Positions 37,298 to 42,668 of a stretch of DNA of 42,668 bases are shown here, one piece after another (position 1 is the stretch's first letter; each line of letters opens with the position of its first letter). The stretch spans positions 1-42,668 of the forward strand of contig DKES01000014.1 in assembly GCA_002452615.1 (NCBI GenBank). Direction: 5' to 3'. The notes beneath the pieces were generated by a model. It saw only the letters and a list, made by a program, of their open reading frames with translations, made no database searches and was not told the origin of the DNA. The position numbers were made by a program, and so were the translations under genes. The DNA is from Patescibacteria group bacterium UBA6816. Its GTDB lineage: Bacteria > Patescibacteriota > Patescibacteriia > UBA2591 > UBA6264.

Positions 37298-37310
37298 TAA
37301 TCTTAAAATA

Positions 37311-37339
37311 AAAAAGACCCCGTGTTTAGGGGTCTTTTT
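37311..37339. terminator. bidirectional rho-independent terminator shared by groEL and the convergent membrane-protein gene
   Basis: AAAAAGACCCC / GGGGTCTTTTT stem with loop GTGTTTA. The stop codon of the minus-strand ORF (37326-37328) lies in the loop. Confidence 0.85.
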
Positions 37340-37775
37340 GATTATTGGGTTTGTTAGGGATAGATAGGGTTCCCCCGAGAGTGCCTAAAATAAGGCCGGC
37401 GATAACCCCTGTTCTAAAAAGATAATAAAAATACAGATTTGGTTCAGGGTGGTCTAGAATTACTTTTGGTACTATAAAAATACCAATTAAAGGCCCGATA
37501 ATAATCAGTCCAGCAAGGAAAAGAAAACAAAAATAGGTATTAAATAAAAAAAGAATTTCCCATTTTTTTTCTTTTTTATAATAATAAGTCACTCCCCACC
37601 AAATCAACGAGGTGATTATTGCCCAAAAAAATGCTCCCACGGTTTTAGTCATTAAACCAATAAAGATTATTAGCAAAGGAAAAATAATAACTAAAAGTGG
37701 GGGATAGAATTTTTCTCTATTTTTAATCCAATAATAAAGAAAAATTATAACTAGCAATGATAGTAAATATTTCAC
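37326..37775 (-). CDS. hypothetical integral membrane protein
   Basis: 149 aa with four or five TM helices. GTG start, preceded by AAGGAGG 5 nt upstream. Confidence 0.7.
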   Translation of the reverse strand: MKYLLSLLVIIFLYYWIKNREKFYPPLLVIIFPLLIIFIGLMTKTVGAFFWAIITSLIWWGVTYYYKKEKKWEILFLFNTYFCFLFLAGLIIIGPLIGIFIVPKVILDHPEPNLYFYYLFRTGVIAGLILGTLGGTLSIPNKPNNQKDP

Positions 37776-37805
37776 AATATCCTCCTTTTTTTATGAACTG
37801 TCTAA

Positions 37806-37834
37806 ATAATAGCAAATTTAAGGCCCTTTGTCAA
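37806..37834 (-). promoter_or_regulatory. promoter (TTGACA-N17-TATTAT) of the 37326-37775 gene
   Basis: On the minus strand, TTGACA lies at 37834-37829 and TATTAT at 37811-37806. Confidence 0.55.
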
Positions 37835-37970
37835 CCTTTGCGGGTTTGACGTGTAGAAAGGGGCTCTCCGAGTTCTAGATGTTTTGGCCCGTAAGGGGTG
37901 AATTTTTTCCATGACAAAACATAAAATAAATGTTATTATTATTAGTAATAATAAACTTTAATTTATTTTT

Positions 37971-38330
37971 ATGGAAAAAGATAATGTTGTTCATAAAATT
38001 GAATCAGTAGTCGCGGCCACTAAAAATAAAAGAATTATTGTTCGTTTATTAGGAGCAATTGCTTATTTAGGAGTTTTTTGTTTAATCCCCTTGATTATAA
38101 AATCGAAAAATGATTTTATTCGTTTTCACGCTCGCCAAGGATTAATTCTTTTTTTAGCGGAAATTATTTTCACTTTAATTTTAATTATTCCTTTTTTTGG
38201 TTGGTTAATTAGCCTTTTAGGTTGGTTTGTTTGTGGGCTAGTGTCTATCACCGCAATAATTAAAACCTTGCAAGGAAAATCTTGGAAAATTCCAGTTTTA
38301 AATAAATTTTCTTATAAAATAAATTTTTAA
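37971..38330 (+). CDS. hypothetical membrane protein (DUF4870-like impression)
   Basis: 119 aa with three TM helices. The RFHARQGLILF motif is reminiscent of DUF4870-type proteins. Low certainty. Confidence 0.5.
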   Translation: MEKDNVVHKIESVVAATKNKRIIVRLLGAIAYLGVFCLIPLIIKSKNDFIRFHARQGLILFLAEIIFTLILIIPFFGWLISLLGWFVCGLVSITAIIKTLQGKSWKIPVLNKFSYKINF

Positions 38331-38340
38331 ATAAAAAAAT

Positions 38341-41300
38341 ATGAAAATGATTAGATGGTTTAAAGAAATATCAATTAAAAATGTTCCTCAAGTTGGAGGT
38401 AAAAATGCCTCTTTAGGGGAAATGTATCAACGTTTAACCAGAAGGGGAGTAAAAATTCCCAATGGTTTTGCCACCACTGCAGAGGCTTATTGGTATTTTT
38501 TAAAAGAGGCGGGATTAAAAGAAAAAATTACTCAAATTTTAAAGGAATTAGATGTAAAAAATGTGGCTAAATTAAAAAAGGCCGGAGTAGAGATAAGAAA
38601 AATGATTTTAAGCGCTTCTTTACCAGAAGATTTTAAAAAACAAATTGTTCAAGCTTATCAAAAACTTTCTCAAGAATCAGGAGTGAAAAATTTAGATGTG
38701 GCGGTGCGGAGTTCTGCTACGGCCGAGGACATGCCCACGGCTAGTTTTGCCGGACAAATGGAAACTTATCTAAATATTAAAGGAGAAAAAGAACTGTTAA
38801 AAGTAGTACAAAAATGTATTGCTTCTTTATTTACTAACCGAGCTATTGTTTATCGCGAAGAAAAAGGATTTGACCATATGAAAGTGGCTCTTTCTGTTTG
38901 TGTCCAAAAAATGATTCGTTCTGATTTAGCTTGTTCCGGAGTTATTTTCTCTTGTCACACTGACTCTGGTTTTGCTGATGCAAGTGTGATTACTTCTTCT
39001 TGGGGTTTAGGAGAGAACATTGTTCAGGGAAAAGTAAGTCCTGATGAATTTATTGTTTATGAGCCCCTTTTAGAGAATTATCGGCCAATTGTCAGTAAAA
39101 ATTTAGGAGCTAAAGAATGGACCATGATTTATAATCCTCGAGGAAAAAAACCAGTTAAAAATATTAGGACTCCTAAAAACAAGAGAAATAAATTTACTTT
39201 AACTGATGATGAGATTTTAGAACTGGGAAAATATTCAGTGATTATTGAAAAATATTATAGTCGGTCCATGGACATGGAATGGGCTAAAGACGGTCAAGAC
39301 CAACAACTTTATATTCTTCAGGCCCGTCCAGAGACAGTTCATTCCCAGCGTTCTTTAGACGTTTTAGAAGAGTATGTTTTTTTACCTCAAGCAAAAAAAG
39401 AAACAGGAAATTCAGTTAAAGACAAACTTATTATTTCCGGGGTAGCGGTGGGTTCTAAAATTTCCCAAGGCCAGGCAAATATAATTGAAAACGTTAAAGA
39501 TATTTCTCAATTTAAACCGGGACAAATTTTAGTAACAGAAATGACTGACCCAGATTGGTTGCCTATTATGAAAAGAGCTAAAGGAATTGTTACTAATGCC
39601 GGAGGCCGCACGTGTTTTACTGGTGAAACTAAAATATTAACCAATAAAGGATTTTTATCAATAAAGGAAATTGTTGGTAAATATAAAAAAGAGGATTACA
39701 AGGTTCTTTCGCTTAATAAAGAAAGTTTAAAAATGGAATGGAAAAAGGTAATTGATGGCATGGAAAGAAAATCTAAACCTATTTCTGTAGATATTTCTCA
39801 AACCGGAAAAATGAAGGGTAATATTTTAAAAGTTACACCAGACCATAAATTTTTAACTTTTAAAAATAGAAAATTAATTTCAAAAGAATTAAATGATTTA
39901 TTAAGAGATAATGAGTCAATTTTAAGCTCTACTAAAATACCAGTTGAAAAACAAAAAAACATCAAGACTGAACTCGGCTATTTTTTAGGAGGAATAATGA
40001 CTGATGGAAGTATTTATCTTAGTAAAAGTCATGGAGAAATACAGTTTATCCAAAAAAACACCTCTAAAAAGGCAGATTTCATAAAAAAAATGAATAAATG
40101 TTTAAAAAGTGTTTTTAATTATTCATTTCATGTTTCAATAAAAAAATATTCTAATGGTTTTATTCGTAATAAATTTGTCTGTGGGCAAGCTAATGCTTAT
40201 CGATGTCACAGTAAATCTATAGCAGAAGAAATGTTAAAACAAGAGAAAAATATTGTTTCGTCTCTATTATATTCTTCTAAAGAATTTGTCTATAATTTTT
40301 TGGCGGGAGTAATTGATGGTGATGGTTCTTATAGAAATAATAGTAATAGAATAAATATTTATATTTCTAAAGATAACTTACTTCAGGCCGTAACCACTGC
40401 CTGCCTAAGATTGGGCATTGATTTTCAGGTTTCTTCTAATCGCAGTATTCATAATTTTCAAATAGTTAGCGGGATAGAAGATTTATTTAAATATACGACC
40501 AGGGTTAAGGGAAATTATAGAAAACGAATTAAATTTGGGACAAGATTTTTGGCTGCTAAGCAAGTGTTAGAAGACATCAAAGAAAAGATAAATTATAAAG
40601 GAAGAATAATTCCTTATCTTAATAAAAATCTTTTAATAGATGTTCAAAAAATAAAAAATTATCTTATTCCAATGATTGCCGGTCAGAAAGAAAATCATGA
40701 ATTAACCAAGATTATTAGTTCGGATTTGAAAATGTTAAGAGTTAAAAAGGTTGATTCTTTAAATCACCAAAATGTTTATAATATTACCGTAGAAGATAAT
40801 CATAATTATGTTGTTTTTACAGAAAGATATACTCCAGTTGTTGTAAATAATTGTCATGCGGCGATTGTTTCTCGAGAATTAGGAATTCCTTGTGTAGTTG
40901 GAACAGGAAGGGCTACGGCTTTAGTCAAAAAAAATCAAAAAGTGACTATTTCTTGTGCTGAAGGGGAAGTGGGTCATGTTTATAAAGGTTTATTGCCTTT
41001 TGAAATAAAAAAAACCAGGATTAAAAATTTTAAACACCCGCGGACAAAAATAATGATGAATGTGGGCGAACCAGAACAAGCGTTCACTTTTTCTTTTATC
41101 CCTAATCAAGGAGTGGGTTTAGCGCGAGAAGAATTTATTATTAATAATTATATTAAAATTCATCCTTTAGCCTTGATTAATTATGCCCGATTAAAAGACC
41201 AGAAAACAAAAAAACAAATTGATCAAATTACCGCTGGTTATGATAATAAAAAACAATTTTATATTGATAAGTTAGCAGAAGGAATTGCGCGAATTGCTGC

Positions 41301-42000
41301 AGCTTTTTACCCCAAAGAAGTAATTGTTCGTTTTTCTGATTTTAAAACCAATGAATACGCTAATTTAATTGGGGGAAAATTATTTGAACCCCAAGAAGAA
41401 AATCCTATGATTGGTTGGCGGGGAGCTAGTCGTTATTATGCTCCTGATTTTGCCCAAGCTTTTATTTTAGAATGCCGAGCCATTAAAAAAGTAAGAGAAG
41501 AAATGGGACTAGATAACGTTGTGGTGATGGTCCCTTTTTGTCGAACAATTGAAGAAGGAAAAAAAGTTTTAAAAATTATTGACCAGCAAGGATTAAGAGA
41601 TAAAAGAAAAAAGATTAAACCTTTATTAGTTTATGTTATGTGTGAAATTCCAGCCAATGTTTTATTAGGAAAAGAGTTTGCTAAAATTTTTGACGGATTT
41701 TCTATTGGGAGCAATGATTTAACTCAATTAACTTTGGGTTTAGACCGAGATTCTAGTTTAGTGGCTCATATTTTTAATGAAAGAAATGAGGCGGTTAAAA
41801 AAATGATTAGGCAAATTATTAAAATTGCCCACCAACATAAGAAAAAAGTTGGTATTTGCGGCCAAGCCCCTAGTGATTTTCCTGATTTTGCCCAATTTTT
41901 AGTTAGAGAGGGAATTGATTCTATTTCTTTAACTCCAGATACTGTCATTAAAACCAGTTTAGAGATTTTAAAAACAGAAAAGAAAATGAATAAGAAATAA
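38341..42000 (+). CDS. ppsA: phosphoenolpyruvate synthase (pyruvate, water dikinase), intein-containing precursor
   Basis: 1219 aa. Has an N-terminal ATP-grasp domain (VGGKNASLGEM, VAVRSSATAEDMPTASFAGQ, MDMEWAKDG). The phosphohistidine loop GGRT/CHAAIVSRELGIP is split by 413 aa. The C-terminal PEP-utilising TIM barrel carries FSIGSNDLTQL. Confidence 0.93.
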   Translation: MKMIRWFKEISIKNVPQVGGKNASLGEMYQRLTRRGVKIPNGFATTAEAYWYFLKEAGLKEKITQILKELDVKNVAKLKKAGVEIRKMILSASLPEDFKKQIVQAYQKLSQESGVKNLDVAVRSSATAEDMPTASFAGQMETYLNIKGEKELLKVVQKCIASLFTNRAIVYREEKGFDHMKVALSVCVQKMIRSDLACSGVIFSCHTDSGFADASVITSSWGLGENIVQGKVSPDEFIVYEPLLENYRPIVSKNLGAKEWTMIYNPRGKKPVKNIRTPKNKRNKFTLTDDEILELGKYSVIIEKYYSRSMDMEWAKDGQDQQLYILQARPETVHSQRSLDVLEEYVFLPQAKKETGNSVKDKLIISGVAVGSKISQGQANIIENVKDISQFKPGQILVTEMTDPDWLPIMKRAKGIVTNAGGRTCFTGETKILTNKGFLSIKEIVGKYKKEDYKVLSLNKESLKMEWKKVIDGMERKSKPISVDISQTGKMKGNILKVTPDHKFLTFKNRKLISKELNDLLRDNESILSSTKIPVEKQKNIKTELGYFLGGIMTDGSIYLSKSHGEIQFIQKNTSKKADFIKKMNKCLKSVFNYSFHVSIKKYSNGFIRNKFVCGQANAYRCHSKSIAEEMLKQEKNIVSSLLYSSKEFVYNFLAGVIDGDGSYRNNSNRINIYISKDNLLQAVTTACLRLGIDFQVSSNRSIHNFQIVSGIEDLFKYTTRVKGNYRKRIKFGTRFLAAKQVLEDIKEKINYKGRIIPYLNKNLLIDVQKIKNYLIPMIAGQKENHELTKIISSDLKMLRVKKVDSLNHQNVYNITVEDNHNYVVFTERYTPVVVNNCHAAIVSRELGIPCVVGTGRATALVKKNQKVTISCAEGEVGHVYKGLLPFEIKKTRIKNFKHPRTKIMMNVGEPEQAFTFSFIPNQGVGLAREEFIINNYIKIHPLALINYARLKDQKTKKQIDQITAGYDNKKQFYIDKLAEGIARIAAAFYPKEVIVRFSDFKTNEYANLIGGKLFEPQEENPMIGWRGASRYYAPDFAQAFILECRAIKKVREEMGLDNVVVMVPFCRTIEEGKKVLKIIDQQGLRDKRKKIKPLLVYVMCEIPANVLLGKEFAKIFDGFSIGSNDLTQLTLGLDRDSSLVAHIFNERNEAVKKMIRQIIKIAHQHKKKVGICGQAPSDFPDFAQFLVREGIDSISLTPDTVIKTSLEILKTEKKMNKK
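39613..40851 (+). mobile_element. intein with a LAGLIDADG homing-endonuclease domain (413 aa) inside ppsA
   Basis: Block A is CFTGETKILT and block B is TPDH. LAGLIDADG motifs: LGYFLGGIMTDGSIY and FLAGVIDGDGSY. Block F is VYNITVEDNHNYVV. The C-terminus is VVVNN, followed by the +1 Cys at 40852. Confidence 0.85.
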
Positions 42001-42125
42001 GGGTTGACCCCGCACCTTTTAGCTTTAAAATATAACTAACGTCTTTTCGATCCCTTTTCGGTTAGGTTTTTTATGAGTTAACCAGTGTGGCTACGGTTAG
42101 ATTATATATGAGTTGATGCGCGGGG

Positions 42126-42153
42126 TTGACAAAAGAATATTTTTTGCTATAAT
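42126..42153 (+). promoter_or_regulatory. near-consensus promoter (GGGTTGACA-N16-TATAAT) of the 42178 ORF
   Basis: Hexamers at 42126-42131 and 42148-42153. Confidence 0.6.
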
Positions 42154-42177
42154 TTATTTAAAATAAAGGAGGTTTTA

Positions 42178-42450
42178 ATGAAATTGGTTTTCTTTTTAAC
42201 GTCTTTTTCCAAAAGAAAAATCCAAGGACAACCGGCAAATAAATGGCTGGCTTCCTTGAATGAAATTCAGATTCAGCCGCGTGAAGACGGGGTCTTGGTC
42301 AAGAACATTTGTTGCCCTGACCTTCAGGTAGCAGAAAAAGAAAAAAAGAAGTATGTTCCTTTAGCGGGAAGTGTTTTATTGATTCCGGAAAAAAATTCGG
42401 TAGTTTTTATTCACGGCCATACTTTTAAGGTGGTCGGAAAAAATCAATAA
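42178..42450 (+). CDS. hypothetical protein
   Basis: 90-aa ORF flanked by a consensus promoter, a perfect SD (AAGGAGG at 42166-42172) and a terminator. No family recognised. Confidence 0.6.
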   Translation: MKLVFFLTSFSKRKIQGQPANKWLASLNEIQIQPREDGVLVKNICCPDLQVAEKEKKKYVPLAGSVLLIPEKNSVVFIHGHTFKVVGKNQ

Positions 42451-42458
42451 AAAACAGA

Positions 42459-42485
42459 GGGTCTCTTTGAGGCCCTTTTTCTTTT
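42459..42485 (+). terminator. rho-independent terminator
   Basis: GGGTCTC / GAGGCCC stem with one G-T pair and loop TTT, followed by TTTTTCTTTT. Confidence 0.75.
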
Positions 42486-42494
42486 ATTTTAATT

Positions 42495-42503
42495 TGTTAT
42501 AAT
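42495..42503 (+). promoter_or_regulatory. extended -10 element TGtTATAAT upstream of the tRNA-Ser locus
   Basis: TG at 42495-42496 and TATAAT at 42498-42503. The predicted start falls at about 42510-42512, i.e. at the first GGAGAGG. Confidence 0.45.
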
Positions 42504-42511
42504 CTTTATAT

Positions 42512-42572
42512 GGAGAGGTGGCTGAGTCCTGCCTGTCGGCAGGCAGGGGTCGAAGTAATGTTTTTTAAACAA
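42512..42572 (+). other. tRNA 5'-half-like leader: decoy acceptor strand GGAGAGGT, D-arm-like GCTGAGT, a perfect 8-bp hairpin and a T6 run
   Basis: GGAGAGGT at 42512-42519 duplicates the true acceptor 5' strand at 42573-42580. The hairpin is CCTGCCTG-TCGG-CAGGCAGG at 42528-42547. TTTTTT lies at 42561-42566. Confidence 0.5.
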
Positions 42573-42659
42573 GGAGAGGTCGGATAATGGTTATTCCACC
42601 AGTTTGGAGAACTGGCGTCCTTTTTGGACTTGAGGGTTCGAATCCCTTCCTCTCCGCCA
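42573..42659 (+). tRNA. tRNA-Ser (anticodon GGA), CCA encoded
   Basis: Hand-folded. Acceptor GGAGAGG/CCTCTCC; D arm GGA-TAATGGTTAT-TCC; anticodon stem CCAGT/ACTGG with loop TTGGAGA; long variable arm GTCC-TTTTT-GGAC; T arm GAGGG-TTCGAAT-CCCTT; discriminator G followed by CCA. Confidence 0.9.
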
Positions 42660-42668
42660 TTAAACTTC

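Overview
The window is visibly AT-rich, densely packed and mostly plus-strand, and it encodes core housekeeping functions. Small proteins, lysine-rich tails, few Shine-Dalgarno sites and broken conserved gene neighbourhoods suggest a reduced-genome Patescibacteria/CPR-like bacterium, but this taxonomy is inferred and was not tested. The standard code fits: conserved proteins are uninterrupted, Trp is TGG and stops are almost all TAA.

Gene order:
- XerC/D-family recombinase and a VanZ-like protein (minus strand).
- rpsO, NYN-domain protein, pnp.
- Envelope block: UXS-like SDR, GT2, DUF2304-like protein, lepB.
- hisS, mtaB-like gene, nucleoside phosphorylase, YtxH-like protein, ferredoxin, ybeY, ftsA, ftsZ.
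- Three lineage-specific ORFs, including an 877-aa K/E-rich, Gly-zipper, acidic protein.
- gyrB, then secE-nusG-rplK-rplA, tmk, corA (minus strand).
- infA-rpmJ-rpsM-rpsK-rpsD-rpoA-rplQ-rplM, def, tRNA-Gly, tRNA-Thr, ftsE.
- Small unknown ORFs, then a radical-SAM gene followed by a Memo-AMMECR1 fusion.
- tRNA-Cys (minus strand), a thioredoxin-fold protein, groES-groEL, membrane proteins.
- An intein-containing PEP synthase, one small ORF, and tRNA-Ser.

No CRISPR array, prophage, transposon or recognisable defence system is visible.

Most notable observations:
- A full-length LAGLIDADG intein sits exactly in the phosphohistidine signature of PpsA.
- The AmmeMemoRadiSam-type cluster has Memo and AMMECR1 fused.
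- RpoA has no recognisable alpha-CTD; a poly-Lys tail takes its place. HisRS carries a Lys-rich N-terminal extension containing an 81-bp tandem duplication.
- Tandem repeats fill two intergenic spacers of the alpha operon exactly from stop codon to start codon.
- The tRNA-Ser gene is preceded by a decoy copy of its acceptor 5' strand plus a perfect hairpin.
- A perfect 15-bp-arm palindrome and a G-quadruplex/telomere-like motif lie upstream of gyrB.
- An in-frame, coding-like extension follows the stop codon of the 877-aa protein.

All calls come from reading the sequence and recalling family motifs. No searches were run.
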